Positions 48,770 through 63,930 are shown, counted from the first letter of the whole stretch. The stretch is DNA of 63,976 bases, filler included, from Octopus bimaculoides (GCF_001194135.2; 5 parts of 5 records of this genome joined end to end with filler, not necessarily neighbours in it), one strand, 5' to 3'. Numbers and translations are program-made. The notes: generated by a model from the sequence alone, not told the origin.

Positions 48770-50261
48770 TAGATAGATAGATAGATAGATAAATAGAATG
48801 AGAGATAGAAATATATATATATATATATACACACACATATATATGTAGGAATTAAAGGAACTTATCGTTTATATGCGTTTTGCTCCATTTATTATTATTC
48901 TTTATATATATGTATATATATATATATNNNNNNNNNNNNNNNNNNNNNNNNNNNNNNNNNNNNNNNNNNNNNNNNNNNNNNNNNNNNNNNNNNNNNNNNN
49001 NNNNNNNNNNNNNNNNNNNNNNNNNNNNNNNNNNNNNNNNNNNNNNNNNNNNNNNNNNNNNNNNNNNNNNNNNNNNNNNNNNNNNNNNNNNNNNNNNNNN
49101 NNNNNNNNNNNNNNNNNNNNNNNNNNNNNNNNNNNNNNNNNNNNNNNNNNNNNNNNNNNNNNNNNNNNNNNNNNNNNNNNNNNNNNNNNNNNNNNNNNNN
49201 NNNNNNNNNNNNNNNNNNNNNNNNNNNNNNNNNNNNNNNNNNNNNNNNNNNNNNNNNNNNNNNNNNNNNNNNNNNNNNNNNNNNNNNNNNNNNNNNNNNN
49301 NNNNNNNNNNNNNNNNNNNNNNNNNNNNNNNNNNNNNNNNNNNNNNNNNNNNNNNNNNNNNNNNNNNNNNNNNNNNNNNNNNNNNNNNNNNNNNNNNNNN
49401 NNNNNNNNNNNNNNNNNNNNNNNNNNNNNNNNNNNNNNNNNNNNNNNNNNNNNNNNNNNNNNNNNNNNNNNNNNNNNNNNNNNNNNNNNNNNNNNNNNNN
49501 NNNNNNNNNNNNNNNNNNNNNNNNNNNNNNNNNNNNNNNNNNNNNNNNNNNNNNNNNNNNNNNNNNNNNNNNNNNNNNNNNNNNNNNNNNNNNNNNNNNN
49601 NNNNNNNNNNNNNNNNNNNNNNNNNNNNNNNNNNNNNNNNNNNNNNNNNNNNNNNNNNNNNNNNNNNNNNNNNNNNNNNNNNNNNNNNNNNNNNNNNNNN
49701 NNNNNNNNNNNNNNNNNNNNNNNNNNNNNNNNNNNNNNNNNNNNNNNTATATGTATGTATGTATGTATGTATGTATTGTGTGTGTGTGTGTGTGATATAT
49801 GTATGCTAGCGTGTCCTTACCGTCAGTAATGGTGCATTTAACGTACTTAAATTTTCGATATCCGCTGAACTGAATATTTCATTGTTTGCTCTTACATTAC
49901 CAATTTGTCTTTTAAATTGCTCATAGCATGCATCTTAAGAAATATTCTGTTCTTTTGCCGTTCAGTTCTTTAATTCTTCGTGATTTTCCAGCCTCTCTCA
50001 GATCCAGTTCCAACCACCTTAAATTTGTTACTTCTGTAATTTCGTTTTGGCATTTCCTAGATTCGTTCATTTTTGATTGCGTTCTTTTAGCCAACGCTAT
50101 TTCTGGTGAGCCACTGAAACATTTTTGTCTGTACATTTCACGTCTTGTTTCCCGAAATAAGCCTGACTATTACCTTCTTTACTATTATCGCACTAATACA
50201 TGTATACACATATACATGGAAATCTCTCTCTCTCTGTCTATCTATCTATCTTTCTTATTTC

Positions 50262-50714
<453 letters not shown>

Positions 50715-51328
50715 GGAAGCAAAACGTAGGGTAACAGTGGTCAAGATGCTTTCCTAGACTCCTGCAGCATTTTGAGAATCAAACAATGGCAAACTGTGAT
50801 CCATATCGTTAAACCAAAGCAATTTTCATCATGTGACACAGTTCATCCAATAGAAACTTCACTTACCAGCGAGTAAAGAACAGCTTTCAAGCTTCGTTCA
50901 ACACGGACAACTGATCGATAAAAAACATGGTCTGGTACTTATAAAACTTTGAAAAATGACTGCATGAATCATTAATAGCTTTCATACGCATACATACATA
51001 CATACATTCATATATGTTAAATATGATTTTTATTTCTTCTATTACAAACAACTTTTAACCGCAACACGCACAATAATGTATACACTAAAACATTTTTCTG
51101 TACAATTGACTCGAAGCAACTCGTGATCCATTTTTTCTCTTTTTTTCTTTTTCACTTGTGCTATGAATGTAAACGTTACCTTTTGAATACATGCACCGCT
51201 ATATTTTCTGTTAAAATATAACATGAAAACTTTTTAATATTCAAACATATAAATACATAGAATAAAACTATTTTCCATTTATGTTAAAAATTTAAGCTTG
51301 TTCTAGTTAAGCGAAAAATATATAAATT

Positions 51329-51558
51329 AGCAATTATCAACAGTAGCAGTATTTGTAACGAATTATAATTAGGACGTCCAATTTAAATTGGATGTTTTGT
51401 TTAGATCGCCTTAAACATATCGGCATCATGACACGGTATCTCTGTTAAAGCAGCAGCAGTTTAAATAGCAGTTTAAGGCGATTTAAACAACACATCCAAT
51501 TTAAATTGGATGTACTAATTATCATTCGTTTCAAACACAACTACTGTCGCTAATAGCT
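51329..51558. repeat. Long inverted repeat (about 88-bp arms), fold-back-like
   Basis: 51329-51416 is the near reverse complement of 51471-51558; each arm contains the near-palindrome CATCCAATTTAAATTGGATG. Confidence 0.85.
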
Positions 51559-51689
51559 ATTTTATTCGTAGCCTGCCGGCATTTTGCGATATCAATTGCT
51601 GCGTCTGAAAATCTGACAGAGGGCAAAAATGGGCAGATATGTCTAAACATTGCTTGGTGCTGATACTGCTCAATATATATATATATATA

Positions 51690-51789
51690 NNNNNNNNNNN
51701 NNNNNNNNNNNNNNNNNNNNNNNNNNNNNNNNNTTAATTAATTAANNNNNNNNNNNNNNNNNNNNNNNNNNNNNNNNNNNNNNNNNNNN
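51690..51789. other. Artificial scaffold join
   Basis: 44 N + TTAATTAATTAA (51734-51745) + 44 N. Confidence 0.97.
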
Positions 51790-52157
51790 TACATAACTTT
51801 ATTGCCACGTACATTGGTGCAACTATAAACTTTAAACATCGCTACGCAGCCCACATGCACTCTTTTAGATATGACAAACACAGTAAATCTACAACATTAG
51901 CCAATCATATTCATCACCTCAAAAACAAAAATACCCAATACACCTTAAAATGGTCCATCTTAGACTCTGGAACTCCATACCAGGGCCAGCGCTCCAATTG
52001 CAAGCTTTGCCTAACGGAGGCGTTCCATATTTTAAAATACAATTCTCCCACTCTACTTAATCGATATAATGAAGCGTTTAGCAACTGCAACCACCGCTCT
52101 TTCCACACATTCAGGTTCTATCACAAGCAAAATTGTACAAATGATCACGCAACATAA
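51790..52157 (+). mobile_element. Penelope-like (Neptune-type) GIY-YIG C-terminus, uninterrupted frame, cut by scaffold join
   Basis: The frame from 51792 reads HNFIATYIGATINFKHRYAAHMHSF...TLANHIHHLK...LKWSIL...CKLCLTEAFHIL...LLNRYNEAFSNCNH; a pyrimidine-rich probable 3'UTR follows to about 52714. Confidence 0.82.
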
Positions 52158-53264
52158 TAACACAACTCCCCACAGGCAAGCTATTCAACCTGGCAAAAAC
52201 ATCCATCTTTCACCATCTTCTGGAATAGGATTATTTCCTTTCGATTATCTCACCACACATGTACCACCAAATGTATTTCTCATATTCTCAATTTCACAAG
52301 AACACCGCCTACTCAAACAGACTACGTCACCTCTTTCAATCCCTTTCCACCGTCTATAAATAGGTTTGGCAGCATCCTAAAATATGATACTACTAACTAC
52401 CTTTCCCACCCATCCCTCTCCTTTATCTCTGTCCTTGGTTTATCACTCAAACCCCCACCACCTATATACTACACACACGCATTCCTTCCTACTCACTAGA
52501 CCTTTTAACCTCATCCCCCTATTCCTCCTTCACTGTATATGCTCTTCCCCTCTACCCTGTTAAGACCAACTGATCATAAATATATCGCTACCATCCTCCG
52601 CCTCTATATCTCCTCTATCCCCTTTCACATTCTATCTTCTTGACTTGACCTAATTACCGCTAACTTTTCACTTGACTTGGACATTCTTCAAGTAAACAAG
52701 CAAAAATCTATCGCNNNNNNNNNNNNNNNNNNNNNNNNNNNNNNNNNNNNNNNNNNNNNNNNNNNNNNNNNNNNNNNNNNNNNNNNNNNNNNNNNNNNNN
52801 NNNNNNNNNNNNNNNNNNNNNNNNNNNNNNNNNNNNNNNNNNNNNNNNNNNNNNNNNNNNNNNNNNNNNNNNNNNNNNNNNNNNNNNNNNNNNNNNNNNN
52901 NNNNNNNNNNNNNNNNNNNNNNNNNNNNNNNNNNNNNNNNNNNNNNNNNNNNNNNNNNNNNNNNNNNNNNNNNNNNNNNNNNNNNNNNNNNNNNNNNNNN
53001 NNNNNNNNNNNNNNNNNNNNNNNNNNNNNNNNNNNNNNNNNNNNNNNNNNNNNNNNNNNNNNNNNNNNNNNNNNNNNNNNNNNNNNNNNNNNNNNNNNNN
53101 NNNNNNNNNNNNNNNNNNNNNNNNNNNNNNNNNNNNNNNNNNNNNNNNNNNNNNNNNNNNNNNNNNNNNNNNNNNNNNNNNNNNNNNNNNNNNNNNNNNN
53201 NNNNNNNNNNNNNNNNNNNNNNNNNNNNNNNNNNNNNNNNNNNNNNNNNNNNNNNNNNNNNNNN

Positions 53265-53339
<75 letters not shown>

Positions 53340-55729
53340 ATGTGTGTGTGTGTGTGTGTGCGTGTATATATACATATATACATACATATTTGTATACATA
53401 CTGATACTTATATACGTACAAGCACACATAAATGTATGTGTGTTCGTGCGTGTTTGTCTATGTATGTGTCGTGGAATGTGAGAGTGCTTGTTTGGCTGAT
53501 GTGTGTAAATATATTCAAATATTTTCGTTAGGACAAGAGAAATAAAACTAGGATTAGAAAAAGAAGAAAATGAACTCAAAGCTAATCTCTAATGTAACAG
53601 TTTTTAATTGAGGTACAATCTTGAGGGCAGACCAGATTAGTTGACTGATACATTATCTTTGGATTCCAGAGTATTGAAGGAGAAATCTGACCGCAACACG
53701 ATTTAAAATATTAAAAAAAACAATGAGCTGAAAAAGAAACACATCACTAGAATTGTAAAAATTTGTAAAACTGACCAGAATTATTTTATCATTCAAGTAT
53801 ATATACCGATGTCTAGACAGGTAACTAAATGCATGAGAACACATACGTAAAATAAAGCCTAGAAATCTGCGCATATACACACATAAATGCAAAAATACTC
53901 CGTTGATGTATTGTTGAAATTCCATGAAAGAGCCTTTGATCTAGATTAGAGACCGGCTCTTTCTCTTTTGGCAAGAGATTTTAAAATAAAATTGAATAAT
54001 GACACATACATATACATACATATATATACATAATACATACATACACACTCACACACACACACACATATACATGCATAACCCAACAGGTCAAATTATCGTG
54101 TTATTTTCATAAACAGAATTAATCAGACTCATGTTCAAAAAGCATTGAAACCATGTTACTCAAAGTCATGAAAATTGCTTAGAACTGCATCATGCAATCT
54201 GTCCATATCTGTCGTGATGGTAAGATGTATTTGAGAGGAATTTTGCAGGTATCTCTATGAGGTTGAAATACCCGTCGTAGTCTCCTGTATTGGGTTTATG
54301 TTGATAATATAGTTAGTGTTTTTGAGAAGATTTGGGCTAGTTGTAAGCGTAACAAATCTATAATCAAAGATGTTCATGGTATGACAATCCTATCTCTCAT
54401 GAATATTTTCTCATACTTATCGATGACTTCTTATTACTATTGTCCCTCACTTACTTAAGACGGTAATGTATGATTTGTGGCATATTTAGCTGCTATTCGA
54501 GATAAAACAAGCAGATATGTCTTGCGAGGTATTTTAGTACCTGTTGTAAAATGTAAGTGTCCAAGAATCTGTGGAAGTACAAATTTATCAGTATTTAAAT
54601 AATTATTGAATTACTGTTTTGTTTTAAGGTTGAAACTGTTTTCATTTGGGTTTTTAGAGACTGTGCCAACAGGTTTCAAATTTGAATAAAGGTAAAATTT
54701 CGTCCACAGCATCGATTTCCAACATCTCCTAATGTAGAAGCATTTTCATTGGTCTGAAGACGATAATATAGAAGATGGATATATTTAAAAATCAACCACC
54801 TTTGAATGCGCATTATTTTGTGTTAATGGTGTTCGGATCATGAACATCTTGATCTTGGTAGGGCACTGAGTTTGTATCCTTGAGTAAGAAACTTCATTTC
54901 ACGTTGCTCTACCTACTCAGCAGTAAAATTGAACCAACCGAGAGCTGGGGAATTCCTATTTCCCCCCATCTGTCACATACTGGCCGTGCTGCTGGATTCA
55001 GTTTGACATGATGCCAATGGTTATTCCTGACTACATATACATTCTAAAGCAATTAATGAAAGCATGGTTTAAGATACCGACCCACACTCATTCTTGAGTG
55101 ACTGCTGGACAATCACATAAGCTCTGTACAACCTCATAGGGCAATATATGACCATACAACCACGTAAAAACAGCATTCTCTTTTCGCTACCCACAACATC
55201 TCATATTTTGAAGGAAGATGAAATTAAGCAACTAGTTATAATAACATTTTGCAGGGAAAAGAAACTAAACTTCAAACTCAGCTCGTCAGAAACTTACCTA
55301 TTACTCGGTGACACCACTATGAATAAAAAAAAATAGATAGGAAAATAGGCAGAAACTGGTTAGTCTATATAATATAGAAAGAAGTGCATAAAGATTTACC
55401 ATTATTTTTGTCATTACATGTTGTATCACTTTTGTTTTCTTTGTATCGCATTAACGTATATATATATTTTTTTCTTTTATATTATGTTTATTCTATTTCG
55501 TTTCTTTTAGAAATTTCATCATTTGGTTGGTTTAAGCTTATATTGCTTTCCATTTGTTTTCGCTATGTTTTTCGCGATATTTTTTACATCATTCTCGTTA
55601 AAGAAATTTAAATTTATCTTGAAGTAAACATAATTTTGATGCTTGACGATGGAAGCAAATCATTTGAAATTTCAAAGATTTACAAATGTAACGATCATTA
55701 TTTCTTCTACAGCACTTATGTAATAACAA

Positions 55730-55803
<74 letters not shown>

Positions 55804-56042
55804 TCGAAAGAAAAGAAATATTTAAGTCATAAAATGATTTATTTTATAAGTATATTTTTCATTTGCGGTTTTTTTCTTCTTGGATATTTGAAAAACAAAA
55901 GAATGGAAAGAAAAATTAAAAGAAAAATAAACAACTAACTTCCCACAGAAAGGAAAAATCCTGATTTTGTTTTAAGATTTTTTAGGATAGTGGAAGTGGA
56001 AGAATGGGGAGGTGGCTGAAGGNNNNNNNNNNNNNNNNNNNN

Positions 56043-56090
<48 letters not shown>

Positions 56091-58652
56091 GTTAATACTG
56101 ACACATACACATATGTGTCTAATACGATTGCGTGTATAAAGTTACACATTTGTATCTATCTGTCTCTATATATACACTCACAGATACAGACACACATATG
56201 CGCACATATATATAAATACATAGATAAGTACATACATAAGTACATATACAAATATTCACAAACTTGCACACATTAATACTTATATATTAGAAAATAAATC
56301 CTGTCATCCTCTACCCTCTTGACTTATACACACACACACACACACACACAAACTCACTCACACACGCACACACACATACCCTCCATCCAAAATATTATTA
56401 CAAAAATGGAAGAAAAAAATCACGAACAAAAAATGCAAAAAAAATTCAAACAAAACTGTGAAATTATTTACTTTCAGCATAATATTTCTCTTACCAGAAT
56501 TGATGAAATGGTAAAAAGATATCGAGAACTAAAAGTGAATAAAAAAACAGAATTCTTTATTTCAACATTAATGGGAAGTTCATAGGAGATTTTCTTTTTC
56601 TGCTGTTTTTCTTTTTGTTAGTGTTGAAAATGTTTTTTGTTTGTTTATTGTATATATATTTGTATGTATTGTTCTTTTCTTTTTTTCATGCAATTGTACA
56701 TTTGAAAACGAAAAGTGAAAACAAAAAATGTATCATGTATTTATGTATATATTTACATTTTTTATTTACTAACAATTGTTCTATTGAAGCATTTGAAAAG
56801 CTCATGGATATTTAAAGATCTTCAAATCATCGTCAAAGGACCATCATCATTGCCATTGTCATTGCCCAAGTCATCATTATTGTCATTGCCACCATCATCA
56901 TCATCATAGTCGTCGTCGTCGTCATCATCGTTATCATCATCATCATCATCGCCGCCGTCGTCGTTATCGCTGTCATCGTCAATGGTTATTATTTCTACTT
57001 TTTCATATTAACTGAATCTTCAAAATCACACACAGACACACACACATATACAAGCACACAGATACATACATATACTCGCTCATACACGCACATACACACA
57101 CACAAATGCACACACACAAACACACACACACACAAACACAAGCACACACACACATCTGGAAGGTGTATGTGTGTTCCAATGAATATTGCTTCGTGAAGAT
57201 TCTGTTTGGTGATATCTTCATAAAGATAAATGGGGATAAATTTTAGTTTTAAAAATTCTTGTGCAGATATTTGAAAGCTTAAGATCAGTGACGATTAGGA
57301 GATAAACAGATTGGTTACACATACGCTTGAGGTGTTGTTTCTGTTGTTTGGCCCTAGACTGCTCTGAACAATTGTACCTGCTTTCATAATCATTCCAGTT
57401 GACCATCTCTCGTTTCATTTCATTTCATTTGTTTTAAGGTACAGTCTATCAAGGCTCATATTAATTTTTGTTTTTAAAGACTGTAGTGCGTGTGACTTGA
57501 GGAAGATTCAGCTGGTATTTCTAGTAGGTTGATCCAACAAGATGTTTTGTCTTTGATTGTGACTTGTTCTTAGTTGAAGAAAACAATTACGTTGCTAACA
57601 TCGAAAAAGTTGGAAGCGAAATTGACCGAGGCTTGTCTTACTATGTCTTGACAGCATAGAGATCAGACGAAGAAAGTGAGGAGAGAAACATACATAAAGA
57701 GATAGAGAGGAAAGAAGAGAGAAGGTGAGGGCTCAGGTTATACCTTCTGAAATTAATTGATTCAACAAGAAGAGCCTGATCGAAAATCATAGTGCAAAAC
57801 TGTGTCTTATATTTTGAAAATTTTGGTCCGACATAATTAAGAACTTCACTGATACTAAAAAGAAGTTTAAATTAAGAGTAGTTAAATTCCCAATAGCATA
57901 CAAATTTGAGACTACTGACTCTCTAAAATACCATATTAATTTAAGTCAAGACGTTTACGCCTTAAAACCAAAACTATATACAAACGACACTTTAATGTGT
58001 AAAATTAAATATTTAAATATATTTTCATGATCAATGTGCTCCACATATATTTTAGAATTTCAGGTTCTAATCTGGGTATTTTCAGAGGGGCTGCACTTTA
58101 AACTGCTTCGAGTTTAATTATTTTCCCTTTAAAAGAACATTTAGTATAATAGTGTCACCTGTTTTAGGATTTGTTTTAAGTTTTCAGCAAACCAATCCTT
58201 ATATAGCAGATTTCCGATAGTAATGCAACCCGATGCTATATTAGAAAGCAATTCCCCAAAGTGGAACGAAGTAGGATCAGACTAGAATTAAGAATTCCGT
58301 TCTTAACCACACAGACATTGGCTTCGGCAACTGCAAATATGAATATTTACTTCCATCCACTCTGTGCCCTAGGTGTGCTTAGGCAAAGATGACTCAATAA
58401 AAACATCATAATATCATAACAATGAATGTTATTTTCTGTAACTAGATATTTGTTTTCAAATACAAAATAAGGATTTGAAAACTATGAAATGCCAAAAGCA
58501 AAAAAAAAAACAAAAACAAAAAAGAACAATGCCTGAAACGGTGCAAACATAGCCATATGGTTAAGTAGTTTCCTCTACAATCAACGCCTTGTTTGTTGAA
58601 TATTTTAAAGAAACAGTGCGTAGAGGCATGTAGAGTATGACTATGAGCACAA

Positions 58653-58720
<68 letters not shown>

Positions 58721-60002
58721 CTCTATCTATCTATCTATTTATCTATATATCTATCTATCTATATATATATATATNNNNNNNNNNNNNNNNNNNNNNNNNN
58801 NNNNNNNNNNNNNNNNNNNNNNNNNNNNNNNNNNNNNNNNNNNNNNNNNNNNNNNNNNNNNNNNNNNNNNNNNNNNNNNNNNNNNNNNNNNNNNNNNNNN
58901 NNNNNNNNNNNNNNNNNNNNNNNNNNNNNNNNNNNNNNNNNNNNNNNNNNNNNNNNNNNNNNNNNNNNNNNNNNNNNNNNNNNNNNNNNNNNNNNNNNNN
59001 NNNNNNNNNNNNNNNNNNNNNNNNNNNNNNNNNNNNNNNNNNNNNNNNNNNNNNNNNNNNNNNNNNNNNNNNNNNNNNNNNNNNNNNNNNNNNNNNNNNN
59101 NNNNNNNNNNNNNNNNNNNNNNNNATATATATATATATATATATATACATATATATATCTATATGTACACGTATATTTGTTTGTGTATGTGTACGTATGT
59201 GTGTGTGTAGATGAGAGTCAAAATATGATTTAATTTTGTTCTGTTACAGCCGTTTCATAATGCACTTTCATTTACATCATCGACTCTGATTTTTAGGTAC
59301 ATGAGCAGTATATGCTTTCGCCATACACATCATATACATGCATGCGTACACATATGTACACATATGCAATTGTAATGTCGCATAACGATGCACCAAACAG
59401 AACTTCTGACCATTTTTCTAACATCTTGGATTTGTCTCTTATCCACCAGGTAAAAGTTTTTATATTTGGTTAGGAAACTGCAAACGAGAAATTGCAAAAA
59501 CTTTTATGAGAGAAAGATAAAATTCTTCTGTAAAAAAATCTTTCTTCGTAAAATGTTTATATAAAATCCCTTTGCAAAAAAAGTCCATATAAACGAACAT
59601 GTTAAGCTCCGTATAAAGTTTTCCTTTAGTAAAAAATTAACAGTTCAAATGTAAATTTCCAAACTTCCCAGTTAACACGTCCTAAAAAAGATAATTAGGA
59701 TAATTACACTCAATTAAACAATCGAAAATCGAATCAAACATAAAACTAAAAAGTATATTCAGCACATGAAGTGCCCGTTCAGAACACGCAAATAACCAAC
59801 TATTTTGATCACAAGCGCACACCACCCAATAAAAATAGAAAAAGAAGTGTTGAAGACAATCACGTGCGTCAAAAGTTAACTAGAGAAAAGATTAAGAAGT
59901 ATTAAAGATTTATCCTGTGCATAAGAGACAACACAAAAGTGTCTAACAAAAATTAGGAGTTCTCTATGATTCATTGCTATGAAACTATATAATGTTGTGT
60001 CC

Positions 60003-60065
<63 letters not shown>

Positions 60066-61800
60066 TGTGTGTGTGTGTATGTGCTTGTGTGTGTATTTAA
60101 TAATGCGTACGTGAAGCGTATATACTGCGTATGTACCTACGAATCAGTGGAGATGATGCAACCACAAGTGAATTATGAAACAGAGGCAACTATAAGAAAG
60201 TGAAACTTATTTTGTCCCTCGTCTCTTTTGGACTTTAATTATTATTCTATACATTACTCCAGAAATACTTCTGTTAGTGTTTCCTGGATTTTCAGGAGTG
60301 TAATCATGTAACCTGATTGCCGGTTTCCCGACAAGATTATTTACTACAAGTTCCGCTCGCTTTCAGAATCCAGTTCCTATTTCATTTGTATACATACACA
60401 CGTACATAATATATGCCTGTATATATATATATATATATNNNNNNNNNNNNNNNNNNNNNNNNNNNNNNNNNNNNNNNNNNNNNNNNNNNNNNNNNNNNNN
60501 NNNNNNNNNNNNNNNNNNNNNNNNNNNNNNNNNNNNNNNNNNNNNNNNNNNNNNNNNNNNNNNNNNNNNNNNNNNNNNNNNNNNNNNNNNNNNNNNNNNN
60601 NNNNNNNNNNNNNNNNNNNNNNNNNNNNNNNNNNNNNNNNNNNNNNNNNNNNNNNNNNNNNNNNNNNNNNNNNNNNNNNNNNNNNNNNNNNNNNNNNNNN
60701 NNNNNNNNNNNNNNNNNNNNNNNNNNNNNNNNNNNNNNNNNNNNNNNNNNNNNNNNNNNNNNNNNNNNNNNNNNNNNNNNNNNNNNNNNNNNNNNNNNNN
60801 NNNNNNNNNNNNNNNNNNNNNNNNNNNNNNNNNNNNNNNNNNNNNNNNNNNNNNNNNNNNNNNNNNNNNNNNNNNNNNNNNNNNNNNNNNNNNNNNNNNN
60901 NNNNNNNNNNNNNNNNNNNNNNNNNNNNNNNNNNNNNNNNNNNNNNNNNNNNNNNNNNNNNNNNNNNNNNNNNNNNNNNNNAAGGGACAAGACCTGAAAT
61001 TTTGCGGAGGAGACTAGTCGATTACATAGATCACTGTGCTTCACTGGTACTTAATTTATCGGCTGCGAAAGGATGAAAAGGAAAGTCGACCTCAGCAGAA
61101 TTTGAAATCTGAACATAGCGACGGGCGGGCTGTCATGGCTTCTGATCTTAACTGATTGGAAGTGTTATCATGAACATTGTTTTGTCTTGGTATAAAAGAT
61201 GGGTTACAGCAAATATTTTGCTCAATACCACAAATTTGCTTGTCAGTTGTTTGACCTTAACCAGTTGAACATGTCCATTAGTGACTAAGGACATGTGCAT
61301 CTCTGATCACGAGCAGAAGTAGTGGGGGAGCAATATAGCCCTTTATTGAAAGGAATTCTTTGGGGTTTGGATAGTTCACCTTTGGAAACCTATGTCGCCC
61401 ACATATGGTTGTGATGCATGTGCCTAGTGTAACCTTATCAGAAGGGTAGTCATGATGGGTATAATGGGATTCGTATATTCTACCCCAGTGTCATTTTGAT
61501 GGTATGCACTGTTCTCTCACTCGGTAATAATAATAATTATGATAATAATAATATGAATAATAATAATAATAATAGTTTCAAATTTTGCCACAAGGGCAGA
61601 CATTTTGGGAGAGGGGATGTATCCATTACATCGACTCTAATTTTCAACTGGTACTTAAGTTATCGACCTTGAAAGGATGAAAAGCAAAGTCGACCTCGGC
61701 GGAATTTGATCTCAGAACGTAGCGACGGGCGAAATACCGTTAAGCATTTAGCCCGGCGTGCAAATGAACCTGCTAGCTCACCGCCTTAATAATAATAATC

Positions 61801-61850
<50 letters not shown>

Positions 61851-61977
61851 CTAAAATGACCTAAAATGACCTAAAATGACCTAAAATGACCTAATAATGA
61901 CCTAAAATTATATGCAAAAAACGACAAAGAGCTAGAAACACTACTACAGACAGTACACGGCTTTACCAAGGAAATAG
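61851..61977 (+). mobile_element. 5'-truncated R4/Dong-like RT fragment in an (AAT)n tract
   Basis: DLKLYAKNDKELETLLQTVHGFTKEI is the sequence following the YMDD motif; it is preceded by tandem copies of its own first 10 nt. Confidence 0.72.
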
Positions 61978-62077
61978 NNNNNNNNNNNNNNNNNNNNNNN
62001 NNNNNNNNNNNNNNNNNNNNNTTAATTAATTAANNNNNNNNNNNNNNNNNNNNNNNNNNNNNNNNNNNNNNNNNNNN
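61978..62077. other. Artificial scaffold join
   Basis: 44 N + TTAATTAATTAA (62022-62033) + 44 N. Confidence 0.97.
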
Positions 62078-63134
62078 TATATATATATATATGCGAAAAG
62101 AAAAGATCGCTAAATCATGGCGGTTTATATTGGAAAGGATTCTATTTCTTTATGCACAAGGCACGCACATACGCACACGCAAACGCATAGACACACAAAC
62201 ATATATTCATATTTAACCACCGTCACTTCCCCAACAGCCACTACACCTCTCACACACGCACACACAAACACACACACACACATGCCTTTGTGGTTGCTTA
62301 GCGTTTGCTGCCCCAGCGAAAAATTCACGATACGGCAACTAAACGCCTTGTTTTATAAACTCTCTACGTAACAAAAATCAACTCACATAAAACACAAGAA
62401 GCGATCGTAAAGTTAAAATTTTCCAACAAGTTTTATGTTGCTAAAAATCTAGGCGGATTTTTACACCGGAAAAAAAATATGTGTGGAGTGATACTATAAT
62501 AGCTAGGATAAAGGTGGAACAGTGGTTTTAGATGTGAAATTTATAGAGGTGGCACTGTGAGTAGGTATTTGTGGTTACATTAATTCGCTTCTATATCTGT
62601 GTGCTTGTGTGTGGTTTTAATATTTAAAGTTATATATGGCATCACGAGTGACATAAAATATTTGCGTTACTCGCTCTCTTTATTTCTCTATCTACACATA
62701 CGTAAATATATATANNNNNNNNNNNNNNNNNNNNNNNNNNNNNNNNNNNNNNNNNNNNNNNNNNNNNNNNNNNNNNNNNNNNNNNNNNNNNNNNNNNNNN
62801 NNNNNNNNNNNNNNNNNNNNNNNNNNNNNNNNNNNNNNNNNNNNNNNNNNNNNNNNNNNNNNNNNNNNNNNNNNNNNNNNNNNNNNNNNNNNNNNNNNNN
62901 NNNNNNNNNNNNNNNNNNNNNNNNNNNNNNNNNNNNNNNNNNNNNNNNNNNNNNNNNNNNNNNNNNNNNNNNNNNNNNNNNNNNNNNNNNNNNNNNNNNN
63001 NNNNNNNNNNNNNNNNNNNNNNNNNNNNNNNNNNNNNNNNNNNNNNNNNNNNNNNNNNNNNNNNNNNNNNNTATATATATATATATATATATATATACAC
63101 TTATATAGATTTATATGTATATATGATAGATAGA

Positions 63135-63170
<36 letters not shown>

Positions 63171-63596
63171 CATATATACACGGTCTTTATTTTATCGACA
63201 TACATGTATGCAAAAGTACGTAGTTAAATTTATATGCTTAGTATATACACACATCTATACACACTCACGCACGCACACTCCACACCCCACACACACACAA
63301 ATATATATACATACGTATGTTCCAAAATATACACCCCAACGATCAAACAATTCACAGACATGTATGCAGAAAATATATTACATTCCTTGTTTAAGAGATA
63401 TATCATGTGATATCTATGTATATGTTTGTTTGTTTGTTGGGGGGGGGGTGTATACACCCCTCTCTACACACACACATAATACTTCATATTGTTTACCCTG
63501 ATGTATTGGGTATTGTATATACTGTTCACTCTCAGAGTAATTAAGTACAATTTTCGTACATTTTTATATGAATTTTAACAGAACATAAACAGAATC

Positions 63597-63930
63597 TGGG
63601 TTTCCATTGGTGTAGAGCGTTGAGCTTACGAACGTAAGGTTGTGAGTTCGATATCCGGAACGGGCCGCGTGTTGTGTTCTTGAGCAAGACACTTTATTTC
63701 ACGTTGCTCCAGTTAACTCAGCTGTAGAAATGAGTTGCGACAATTACTAGTGCCAAGCTGTATCGGCCCCTTTGCCTTTCCTTTGGATAACATCAGTGGT
63801 GTGGAGAGGGGAGGCTGGTATGCATGGGTGGACTGCTGGTCTTCCATAAACAGCCTTGCCCGGACTTGTACCTGGGAGGGTAACTTTCTAGGTGCAATCC
63901 CATGGTCAGTAATGATCGAAGCGGTTCTCA
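63597..63930 (+). mobile_element. tRNA-headed SINE with GTGTTCTTGAGCAAGACACTT (CORE-like) central domain
   Basis: B box GAGTTCGATATCC followed by the conserved central motif. A reverse copy lies at about 47440-47770, with related copies at about 690-1005, 24610-24860 and 54850-54930. Confidence 0.8.

Noticed and set aside
58188-58285. Possible terminal exon (NQSLYSRFPIVMQPDAILESNSPKWNEVGSD*) with downstream AATAAA
   Set aside because: No homology and no linked upstream exon; not supportable.
58318-58345. U6 snRNA-like GCTTCGGCA
   Set aside because: Only a 9-nt match; the rest of U6 is absent.
60200-60390. Minus-strand peptide TNEIGTGF*KRAELVVNNL resembling an FN3/Ig strand
   Set aside because: It has an in-frame stop and no splice sites that yield an open exon.
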